Shown: positions 1 through 10,853 of the stretch, piece after piece
Layout of the letters: each line of letters opens with the position of its first letter
Numbering within the stretch: position 1 is the first letter of the stretch
Origin: Podarcis vaucheri
Lineage: Eukaryota
NCBI GenBank assembly: GCA_965113315.1
Contig: OZ220372.1
Length of the DNA stretch: 64,000 nt
Direction: 5' to 3' (one strand)
Made by a program: the position numbers and the translations under genes
Notes under the pieces: model-generated
The model's database searches: none
The model's input: only the letters and a program-made list of their open reading frames with translations
What the model was told of the DNA's origin: nothing

Positions 1-109
1 AGGTTACTAGCACACTTGCTTCAGAAGCAAATGTTGGACAAGATATTGGACAATGTTGGATGAGTACATCAAGGCAATACACAGCAAGTGGAAAAAACCT
101 TCAGCAATA

Positions 110-335
110 CAGTGCTACCTCGGGTTACATACGCTTCAGGTTACAGACTCCGCTAACCCAGAAATATTACCTCGGGTTAAGTATTTTGCTTCAGGATGAG
201 AACAGAAATCGCACAGCAGCGGGCCAGCGGCAGTGGGAGGCCCCATTAGCTAAAGTGGTGCTTCAGATTAAGAACCATTTCGGGTTAAGAACGCACCTCT
301 GGAATGAATTAGGTACTTAACCCGAGGTACCACTG
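110..335. mobile_element. Tc1/mariner (Tigger-like) MITE, family M1
   Basis: TIR CAGTG(C/G)TACCTCGGGTTA; TA TSD. Confidence 0.85.
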
Positions 336-2329
336 TATTTCTCCAATAGCCCCCAGCCACCAAGAATTCCATGCAGACAAGTGATCAGGCTGGTGGAGGT
401 TGGAGGGATCTGTCCATCACTCCTTCAGCAATTCACTTGGGAATGGGCTTTTTTTACTGGCAGTCTGTGTTTCTATGCTGGTTACTGGTGAAAGGCTCTC
501 CTTCCTTCAGGGTCAGCATGGAAAGAAGGCTACTAGACTCTTAGCAGTAACCAGTGTAGGGCTTTGTACAAGGCTATTGAAGATTGCTAAGGCAGGGATT
601 ATAGGGGTACTGTAAGTAAACAAGACTAACTGAAATTAGAAAGTCCTCCATTCAAATCTAGTCTTCACTCTGAATTCACTAGATGCCCACAGGCATCTAG
701 CTGCCTCTCTTTTGAGTCCAGCTGCAATCTGGGGGCCTAGCAATACTGACTTACCTTATAGGGTTGCTTTCATTTACTGTTAAATGACAAAGTCTCTTGG
801 GCAAAGATTAGGAGACTACTTATACATAACAGAAGGATCTCTTTCACTGCTATTCCCGTAAAAGCTAGTCATTGTTTCTAGCAGGGCACAATCTAGCAAT
901 TAAGGCTGCAATCCTATACTCACTGACCTATGAGGTTGCACTTAACTCAATGTGGTTTAGTTCTGAGTAGACATGTAAAGGATTACATTGCAAATTACAC
1001 TGATATCTGCCTGTAGCAGGTAAATCACTACAGCAAATCTGAATCAAATGCATCATTTGAAATTATAATTTTAAGCCAATTATTTCCATTTATCATTTAT
1101 TTTAATTCCATAAATTGGTCATAGTTTCCCACAAGAAGAACTTTCCCCTGAAATCAGTGTGGCTATTTTAATGCTTTTATCATCAGTAACAACTGTTCAG
1201 ACTGGTTTAATGGTTTCAGTTTCACAATGCTTGATCTACCACCATATACAGCTCCAAGTTTTTAAAGACTGACAAATGTGTAACAGAATTAAACTTTGGG
1301 TAGTACTATCACTACTGTAATTATAATCCAACCATTTATGCACCAAAGGCAGGTCTTGCTAAGAAACAAATATATGTATGCTGAAGGATAGCTAAACCAG
1401 TAATGAGTCCAAACGAAAACCCTGTGATTTAAAACCTTGCCGGAAGAGCTTAACTTCCTTATCTTTTCTCATTAACCTCCTCTTTTTTGTTTTTCTACAA
1501 CACTGTGCTGTTGTTGTAACAGTTAGGAAATACCAAAAGTATAGGAAATACCAATAGTATAAGTGACACTTTCAGAGCTGTTAGGTTCTGTACAGATGAG
1601 TAGCTAGAATCTACTACCTTGATAAAAAGCAAACAGCATGCTTACTTTGATCAGGTTCTTTCCCAAACAGAAACCTGGTACTTCTACTATCAGATAAGTG
1701 TTAAGTCAGTTTGCCTGCAAAGATTACCTTTCCTCAGAAACACTCCCTTTCCTGCCACCAGAGAACTAAAATTAGCGCTTCCCACAAGTCTAGTAAGTGA
1801 AGGAGGCAGGTGTTTCACTATCATTGCATTCCCCCTGCAAGAATTTGGAAGTGAGATGAAAGAGCCAAGTGCAGTAGGAGTTACAGTGGGGAGGCATCTC
1901 CTCCATGCCACAGGTGTCACTTTCTATCTTGCCCCATTTTCTCTCTCTGCACTTGCCTATTACGTACTAGAAGCTTCTCAGCACAAAGCATAAAGGGAGG
2001 GGGCTGGAGGAGTAAAGCCACTGTCTCCTGCCCACCCTCCACCTATATATATCAGCATGTGTGGATGATAAACCCGTAAGGAAATGGGAGGGAGGGAGAG
2101 ATGTTGCACTCCAAAAGAAGCAAGGAGCTTCACTGTCGCTCCCTCCCCTTCTCCCTTATAATTATATACCACTTGACACATTCAATGGGGTGGATAGGAG
2201 GGAACAGCCCCCCCACTCCAATGGCCAGACCAAGCCATCAGAGCTGACAATTGTGCCCTCAAAAAAACAAAACAGCCCCTTGCAGGCGAGCTACCGAGCC
2301 AAGTGTACAAAGGACCGCAAGCTTCAGCC

Positions 2330-3620
2330 TGCGCTTTGCATTGCATAAACGAAAGCGAGCCCGATGAAAGAGCGCGCGCAGGAGAGAAGGGCAAAGGCCA
2401 AGCGGGGCGGCTCCCCCCCCCCACAGCCTCCTGCATGTGGGCATGGCCTGCGAGTCGCCCCACACGTAGCTCCGGCCCCCCCCCCCGCCATGCAGGCAGC
2501 CCTAGCCCCGTCCTGGCCCGGTGCCTGGCCTGGCGAGGGCGGGGTGCGAGGCAGGAACACGAAACAGAAAGGAGCCTGGGAGGAGGGGGGGAGGAGCCCA
2601 GCCAGCCTCCCTCCCGAAGGGGCCACAGGGGAGCCCCTCGCCCGCCCGCCCCCGGCCTCCCCCTCCCGCCCCAGACCCTCCTCTCTCCCTCCCTCCCTCC
2701 CGCTTCGCCCCTAACCTTGTAGGAGTCGGTGGCCAGGAGAATGTTGAACTCGGCTCCCCCCGCCGCACTTTCCATGTTGCTCGGGGGCTGAGGACGGAGA
2801 AGCACGACGACCCCGCGAGCCGCCGGATGGGGAAGGAGGACGCGGAACAGCACAGCTTCGCCGCGAGGCAGGCAGGCGGACTGCCACTGGCTGACTGACT
2901 CTCTCTCGCTGCCCGCTGCCAAGCGCCTCAGGGGGCAGCCGGGCGGCGGGGCGGGGCCACGACGTCACGGAGGGCCGAGGGACCGCCCCGCCGCCGCCAT
3001 CCCCGCCCTGGATTGGACGCCGTCCCCAGAGTGGCGGGAGGGACGGTACAGATAAAGAGCTGTGAGGTCACCGCGAGGAGGCGGGGCTTTTCGGCGTCTC
3101 CGTCAATTGGTTCCGCAACCTCGGCAGCGGAGGGCGCGTGGGGTTGGTGGAGCGCTGGGGACGTCGCACGAGGAGCAGCGCGCGCGCGTTCTCCCCTCGT
3201 CCTAACTCTGGATTCAGGAATTGACGTCACAGGGGCTCGCGCGCCGCTTTGCGTCCCTCCGATTGGGCGGCGCGGTGGGTTTAGCGGGAGAAGGACTGGA
3301 GGGAAGGAGGGCGGGCGTGAGGCGGCGCTCGACGCAGATGGCGAAGGTTGCGGGAGACGACAGAGAAAAGGACCTACGCGCATGCGCGGCGAGCGGCCGC
3401 CTGGGCTACGCTTTCGATTCTCCTCAGCTCGCGGGCGGAGTTTGCTGAGGCGTCTGAGGGGAATGGAAAGCGAACCTGGAGCGCGAATGGACATTCCTCC
3501 CCTCCGCACCCTCGTGGGCTCTGAGTTTCCTGGAAGCGGCTGGGATTCCCGTAAATCCCCTCAGGGGACGCCACAAGATTGCTTGTAGGGTGTGATTCCG
3601 CCCTGAACTAAATATATTTT
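2330..3620 (-). promoter_or_regulatory. NAMPT CpG-island promoter
   Basis: High GC/CpG density. GC boxes (~2948, ~2986, ~3001), CCAAT boxes on minus strand (~3012, ~3106, ~3262), CRE palindrome TGACGTCA 3222-3229, NRF1-like GCGCATGCGC 3378-3387, STAT-like TTCCTGGAA 3527-3535 and TTCCCGTAA 3546-3554. Confidence 0.85.
2716..2775 (-). CDS. NAMPT: Nicotinamide phosphoribosyltransferase, coding exon 1 (MESAAGGAEFNILLATDSYK); gene continues beyond the left window edge
   Basis: Translation matches the vertebrate NAMPT N-terminus (human MNPAAEAEFNILLATDSYK). ATG at 2775; exon ends AAG followed by GT donor (GTTAGG) at 2715; lies in a CpG island; syntenic with CCDC71L. Confidence 0.97.
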
Positions 3621-4034
3621 TAAACCTCTCAGCTTTCAATGGTGCTTTGTGATCGTGCTTGGGGGTTGCGTTTAAAAATAAAAAAAAACACCGAACGGTC
3701 CAGGTGCAAGTCCTGCTATGTCCAAAGGCACTTGTCTACTCGAGAGTAGACCTCACTAAATTCAGTAGGGTTTGCTGCCAGCGAAGTGAGCAGAAGATGG
3801 CAGCCTCGGCGCGACACTATAAAGTCCTAACGTTTCCAACTATAACCTCCATAAAATGTGCTCTGGGGAAACGTAATTCTAAAATACAGACGCACACTTT
3901 TTTTACTAAAGAAATGTTTAGGGATAATCCCCTTTTCCTATCATACTGAAATACTGCCCTCAATGAGGCCAAACTTAAATTCACAAAATGTTTAGGGGTA
4001 TGCGTACCCCCAGAAAAAAAGCACTGTGTGTGTA

Positions 4035-4254
4035 CAGTGGTACCTTGGGTTACATACGCTTCAGGTTACATACGCTTCAGGTTACAGACTCTGCTAACCC
4101 AGAAATAGTACCTCGGGTTAAGAACTTTACCTCAGGATGAGAACAGAAATCGCACAGCAGCGGGCCGGCGGCAGCGGGAGACCCCATTAGCTAATATGGT
4201 ACCTCAGGTTAAGAACGGACCTCCGGAACGAATTCTTAACCCGAGGTAACACTA
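4035..4254. mobile_element. MITE family M1
   Basis: Same family as 110-335; left TA TSD; right end degenerate. Confidence 0.8.
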
Positions 4255-4538
4255 TTCGAAATCTGTTGTGATGGCTAGGTATCCAAAACAGGGCTAATAG
4301 GAGGACATGTTTGGGGGAGGAACTCCAGATTTGCAGAACTACTTTGCAGAAAAGCCTTTGTGCCATTGCAGAACTGGAGCTCTGGTAGTTGGAATGGAGT
4401 ATCCTGAAAACGGCATGGCTGGGCACGGAAATCAGGGTCTTTTCAGTCATGGCAAAGGGTACTTTGGGAAGGCCCTCCCTAGGAAAGCCCATCCAGCCCA
4501 TCATAAATTTTGCTAGTTGTGTGAAATATAATTGTTTC

Positions 4539-4868
4539 TGAAATATACTCAGAGTCGCAAAGTGATTTCATGCTCTTTATTCAGCTCATAGTGGTGAGGA
4601 GGAATGAATGAAAGTCCCCTCAAAGTATCTGCTTTATATACATTATTTACACAATGGGCTGCACATGATTGGCTATTTCTGGAATTCTACTGTAAGCCAA
4701 TCAGGTTGTGGATTCACTTCTATCTGGAGCATGATTGGGTGGTTCCTGCCAACCAATCATACTGCTGCATTGTTCTAGGACCAATCAGACTGCTGAATTT
4801 TGGATCCTATTGTTCTAGGACCAATCAGACTGCTGCAGTTTGGATCCTATTCAACTCAGTACATAACA
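4539..4868 (-). mobile_element. Solo LTR, family A (330 bp)
   Basis: TG...CA termini; 5-bp TSD GTTTC (4534-4538/4869-4873); CCAAT repeats, TATATAAA and AATAAA in order on the minus strand. Confidence 0.9.
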
Positions 4869-6979
4869 GTTTCCAAATTGCATTCCTCTCCCCACCTTTT
4901 CTTCCTGAGCCATACTAGTTTTCCTACCTGTTCTCAGACATTATTTTAAAATAGTTGGCTTGTTCTGTTTAAACTCTCCAATTGATTCTGTTCTACATCT
5001 GAAGTAAGCTAATTCCCTTTTTGATATAATAAATTTACTTGGGATTGATCTTCCTGTCGACACTTGGGTTGCCATCTTTCAGAGCACATCCAGCCAGCGC
5101 TGTGGAAAAATCCCTAGAACTGAGTGTTAGGATTGCATGTGAGAACTGCAGGCTTCCATGCAAACTGAACACTTCGTAACAGGAAGTAGCCACTGCTGAG
5201 CATAGCACGAACACACTAACATGACTCAGTTCCTATTTGTAGTGGTTTTAGCAGAATCAACAAGTAAATCTCGTGGCACGTTAGAGTCTACCAAATTAAT
5301 TATGGCCCACATATACTGTGGACTACAGTGCACATTTGTGAAATTTGTGGCCCTCCAGATGCTGTTGGATTCCACATCCCATCAGCTCCAGCCAGAAGGA
5401 TCAAAAGTTATGGATGATAGGAGTTGTAGTCCAGCAACATCTGGAAGACACCATGTTGACAACCACTGTTCAACCCTTTACTTGAAAGAAATAATCCCAT
5501 TAACCACACACTGTTGCTGTTTTCTTTTGTTAACAATGTAGCATAACCATTTTTGGACATTCTTTCTGCCAAGAGGGGCTGAAAGGGGAGATGCTTTGCA
5601 TTTATGTGGCACAAAGGCAACATTTTCACCAGTGAGAACAACCTTTTTCATTTGGTTGTTTGATGTGGCTATCGAGAAATCAAAGCCCAAAAGATCAAAA
5701 GATTACGGTATTAAAGGAAGATTATTGTGCTTCAGTTTAATGGAAAATACTCCGCACAAGCTTTAAAAAACACACAAAAACACATTGCATCCCAACTTTA
5801 TGAACAGTAGTTTACTCTTTAATCCACTTATAACCTCTTGGGACATTATCAGGAGTCCTTTAGGTGTTCAGAAGGGGTTCCTCGCATACTCTGCCATCTA
5901 GCTTAAGCTTACCCTCCATGCAGCCTATAAACACCACCTGGTGTCGCTATGCAAATTTCTTCTTCAAAAAATCCTCAGGGGATTGTCAAAAAGTAAGCAG
6001 AGCAGCTATTACCAAAGAAGAAACAGGTTGCAATCCTAACTCTTGACTACAGTGGGATTTAATTTGGAGCAGGTGTGGGGAACGTTTTGCCCACCAGATG
6101 TTGATAAACTACAAGTACTATCATCCCTGACCATTGACCACATTTACTGAGGACTGATGGGCTTTGTAGCTCAGCCACATTTAGAGGGCGAAAGGTTTCC
6201 TAATGCTAATTTTGAATAAAACTGTTTAGGACTGGACACGCAGCTTGTTTGCAGTCTTCAGGGTGGTAGCCTAGGACTACCTTGTTGTTGACCTTCTGCT
6301 TGTTGACTCCTTCTTACTTCACAGACAACAGTAGTCATGGTGCTGCCTCCAGGGTGGAGCTGCTGCACACTTCAGGTGCTAACGCACATTCCCCACATAT
6401 TTCTTCTAGGGCGTATGACATTGACTCACAACAAAATTGACTGTAGGCATCTTGTTATGCATGGTGGTTGTGTTGCCAGCGCTTAAAGTAGTGGCGTGTT
6501 GCTGTCATTCCATTGACTCCGCAATGTTGCCAGTCACAATGCGAAGCACATGGTTCTCCTCAAACAGCCTTTGGTGAGTCATCCCTGTAGTCTCTTCTAC
6601 ACCAAAGGCTTGTTGGACTTGCAGGGGTGGGAAAAGTTCAGCGAGAAAGAGAAAGGTATTGCTTCCTTTTATCACCTCCCTGAAGTGTTCTGAGCTTGGC
6701 CAAGATAAGTCTCCCTCAGGTAAACATTCAGTCTCAAAGAAATGTCTCTTTATGGTCTTCCTTTCACAAATACAAGCCTTGTTGAACAAGATGAAAATGG
6801 CAGGAATTGCCATTCCAGGTTTTACTTACAATGACTTATTTCCCACACTTTTCCTGCCCTCAGCCCAATCCTCCAACTTGTCTGCCTGATCTTCCTTGTC
6901 ATGGCTTCTCACTCTTGTATAGAGGTAGGCAGAATGTAGACTAGGATCCTAGATCTCTTGGTGATTTGCACTAGAGATT

Positions 6980-7673
6980 CGTTCATTTATTGCATAACAA
7001 AATGTACGTACCACTTGAGTGTAGTAAAACCTCTATAAGCAGTTTACAAGAAATATTTTTAAAAAACAGTTAACAACAATTTAAAATAATATCAAAATGA
7101 TTAAAATAAACAATAAGAGATTAAAAGACATCAACATCTACACGCTTGGGTAGGCTTGCCTAAACAAAAATGTTATAGCAGGCGCTGAAAAGAGGACAGT
7201 GAAGTCAGTGGTCTGATGTCAATATGCAGGGAGTCCTAAAATGTAGTGTTGCTAGACAAGAAGAACAATTTCTTACAAGTGTGGAATGACTAGTATCTGT
7301 AACGGTGCCAGTTCTACAAATCAAAGCGGTTATGTGGACACATTTGGAGTAAAGCAATCCCACAAAATAAACTGGTCCCAAGTTGTCCTGGGCTTTATAG
7401 ACCAGTAGGAACACCCTGAATTGGTAAATTGGTAACCTGTGGAAATCTCTCAGCTGACAAGGTCACACTCCTGTCAACAACTGGTCTGCAGCATTCAACA
7501 CTATCTGCAACATTTTTGGATCCAGCTCAAGGGAAGCCCCACATACAGTAGTGCATTGTAGTAATCCATGTTCGAAAGTCACCAATGCCTGAACTAATGT
7601 GACCAAGCTCTCCTAGGTCCAGGAATGGTCAGAGTTGTGCATACCAGGCACAGCTAACAAAAGGAGCTTCTAG
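6980..7673 (-). mobile_element. Degenerate L2-like LINE fragment (continues after the LTR at 8675)
   Basis: Degenerate RT C-terminal motifs (DYYNAL..GLP..IQKMLQIVLNAA) and AT-rich tail on minus strand. Confidence 0.6.
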
Positions 7674-8670
7674 TGTGATAGGAATGTTATGGTCTTAGAT
7701 ATATGGTAATGTTCATAACCGCACATACATAGATCAGCACAGGAAGACCAACCTGGAACCCTTTTGATTCCTAAACTGACCAAAGGTTTTCTCTGCAAGG
7801 TCAAAATGGAAAAGCCTCCCCATTGTCTTTTCCTTCACAAATCCTGTCTTAAGGGTATGTCTGTGTTTGAATAAGGGTGTGAGCCTTATCATTACAAAAG
7901 ACTGGCCAGGCTCCTCAGGCAATCCAATCAAGTAACCTGCCAGACAGGAAATAAACAAGCGACAGGAGAAAAACAACATGCAAATGTTCTGTTTTAGACC
8001 GCCTTTTCTGTGATGTATCTGAGGGGTGGTCTTAGGTTACACCCCTTCTGTGATGTATGTATAATGTTTCTGGGGGTGGTCTTGATCTATAGGGTGGCAA
8101 TTTCAAAAGTCTTTACAGTGGTGCCTCGCAAGACGAAAAGAACCCGTTCTGTGATTCTCTTCGTCTAGCAGTTTTTTCGTCTTGCGAAGCAAGCCCATTG
8201 ACGGATTAGCGGATTAGCGCTATTAGCGGCTTTTAGTGGCTTATCAGATCAGCTGATAAGCGGCTTAGCGGCTTAGAAAAAGGGGGGGGAGGAAAAAACC
8301 CCCGCAGGAACTCGCAAGACATTTTCGTCTTGCGAAGCAAGCCCATAGGAGATTTGTTTTGCAAAGCACCTCCAAAACGGAAAACTCTTTCGTCTAGCGA
8401 GTTTTCTGTCTTGCGAGGCATTCGTCTTGCGGGGCACCACTGTATAAGGCCTTGCACACCATTTTTCTGGGTCCTCCTCCTTTCCTGCGGGTGAGGGGAG
8501 CACCCTGTTGCAACAGATCAATCAAGATCAAGCTTACTAGCTGCTTTGCTTCTCAATATTCTCTGGTCGGCCTCTGTTATTTTCTCCTACCAATAGGGAA
8601 CCTATGTAAGGATTCTGTATGGGCTCTTGGATACCCCATAAGGGAAAAGGGCATATTTTTATTTACAACA
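7674..8670 (+). mobile_element. ERV1-like solo LTR (4-bp TSD), interrupted by a MITE
   Basis: TGTGATA...TTACAACA termini; TSD CTAG (7670-7673/8671-8674); internal direct repeats; interrupts an L2-like fragment. Confidence 0.75.
8116..8442. mobile_element. Tc1/mariner (Tigger-like) MITE, family M2
   Basis: TIR CAGTGGTGCCYCGCAAGACGAA; TA TSD; internal TTAGCG repeats. Confidence 0.9.
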
Positions 8671-9270
8671 CTAGCCACCGCGGCAACTTTGCCTCCCAGT
8701 GACAAAGTTGGATCCAGAAACAACCCCAGACTGTTCTCACAGGGCCAACTTGAGGTGAGGTAGCCAGAGCTGTACACAGAGTTTGGCACCCCAAGAGTTA
8801 TCACAGGCAGCTGAGACAAACATAAAATTTATTATGTCAAGAGGGAATTAGTGAATTTACTAAACATGCAGACCTTTATAAGCAACACCGTATTATGAGA
8901 TGGAGTTTAGAAGAGTTTAAAACCAATGCAAGAGTTGTTCTTAAAACATGTCTGGGATTTCTGAGGGAAAACCTCGTGTGCGTTTAGAGAGAAAAATGGG
9001 CACTGGTTAGAGCTGCTTGCTTTTAGAAAGAGAAAGGGAATGTAAGAGGAATTAGGGAAGTTGGGGTAGTGGACTTTGGCGAAGTTCTGAGGTAAAAATG
9101 TGAGGAAAGCAGGTGGGGGAGTTTGGGGCAATGGCTAATCGTAAAGATAAAGCTCTGTTTTTGAAGAGGGTTACTGTGGATTGTGAGGAACTGGGTATCT
9201 TAGATTAGGAGTTGAGACATCTAAGGGGGAAGAGATGATAACAGGAAGGAGGAGGAGCAGGAAGTGGGGA

Positions 9271-9640
9271 TGAAATATACTCAGAGTCGCAAAGTGATTT
9301 CATGCTCTTTATTCAGCTCATAGTGGTGAGGAGGAATGAATGAAAGTCCCCTCAAAGTATCTGCTTTATATACATTCTTTACACAATGGGCTGCACATGA
9401 TTGGCTAATTCTGGAATTCTGCTGTAAGCCAATCAGGTTGTGGATTCACTTATATCTGGAGCATGATTGGGTGGTTCCTGCCAACCAATCATACTGCTGC
9501 ATGGTTCTAGGACCAATCAGACTGCTGCATTTTGGATCCTATTGTTCTAGGACCAATCAGACTGCTGCAATTTGGATCCTATTGTTCTAGGACCAATCAG
9601 ACTGCTGCAGTTTGGATCCTGTTCAACTCAGTACATAACA
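9271..9640 (-). mobile_element. Solo LTR, family A (370 bp)
   Basis: Same sequence family; TSD GGGGA; one extra 40-bp CCAAT repeat unit. Confidence 0.9.
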
Positions 9641-10232
9641 GGGGATGAAGGAAGATTCCAGACTTGTCCTTCTTCTGTGTGGTTGGGGTTCAGTGGGTAC
9701 ATCATTAGCAACAAAAGGGATGGAAAATGGAGTGGGGTGGGCGTCCACAGGAAAGTTTCTGGGCAGAGAGGAGAGGTCTCTTGGTAAGCCAAAGATTCCT
9801 AGTTGGCAGGGTGAAAAGCATTATCTTTTATGCTTAAATTGGGCTTAAAACATAAAAAAGACTGAAAATCACATCTTATTGACACTGAGTGGGCTTAAAA
9901 TTAAAAAAAGGTGACAGCCAGGAAGAGCCTATTTAAAATGTTTGCGAAATAGCTTCTAGAAATGTGTGTTATTCTGCTGTCCAGGTGAGATGGGGAAAAG
10001 AGATTAACATATCTTTTGAGCTCCACAGAATGGAGCCTCAGGCCACTGAAAACAGCATTGTGATTGTGAGGAGGGGTGAACAGGAAGGCCCTCACCCCTA
10101 GGTGATCACATCTTTGTTGAACACTCCTTAGAAAGATTCTGGTGCTCTTTTGTTTCTTTTACATTTACAAATGCTACAGGAGGGAGGGTAGACATTTAGA
10201 GTAACAGAAATCATCTACCAGGTGCTGATGCT

Positions 10233-10853
10233 TGCTGGCGAGTTCCCGCCCCCCACCAAGGATAAATAAAGACACAAGACACCAGAATTTAAGGTTAAAT
10301 GGGCGAATTAGGCCACAACTTTATTGAATTAAGGAATGAGAGGCATTGGCTTAGGCATTGGTCCTATCGATTATCCGGCTCCAGCCCATTTGCTGGAGAC
10401 ACGGGAAGGGTTAACACCATAGTGGGGGAGTCTCCTGCTGAGTCAACTAGGAGCTCCCCGGGGTCACCGCTGGGGGGGGGCTTGCTTAGGCCCACACCTC
10501 CATAGGCTTTGGACAGGGCCACGCCCCCAGTCCTTTACTGGACCACCCTTCCTTCTCTGGGGGGAGGTGATGGCGTTCCTTCCCCCCACTTGCTCTTAAC
10601 CCCTTCTTACCAATGCCTAACCGCCAATGCCGAAGAGTTGTGACAAGTTGCTACGAGGTAGGCGAAAAACCAAATGGCTGCAAATTGCCAGTTGGGAAAA
10701 ATTCCTACCATGCCCCTTGCGGCAACAGACCGAAGTCCATAGCAAAGTCAGAAACCTACCTAAAGGGAGGGAGGGTGGGAAAACAAGGGGGCAAGCCGGC
10801 AAAAGAGGGCGAGCCCCGGCTGCACCGGCCCTAAATAAATGTTGCTTGGAACA
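10233..10853 (-). mobile_element. LTR-like repeat, no TSD found
   Basis: Minus strand has AATAAAGTTGTGGCC followed by a GT-rich U5-like tract; CpG retained; boundaries uncertain. Confidence 0.4.

Noticed and set aside
2182-2922. 246-aa ORF as the full NAMPT protein
   Set aside because: Only 20 codons match NAMPT; the rest is 5'UTR and intron read-through in GC-rich DNA.
6300-6890. Coding-looking stretch (102-aa minus ORF 6505-6813)
   Set aside because: No protein family, splice pattern or motif that I can recognise; stops follow in frame. A BLASTX would settle it.
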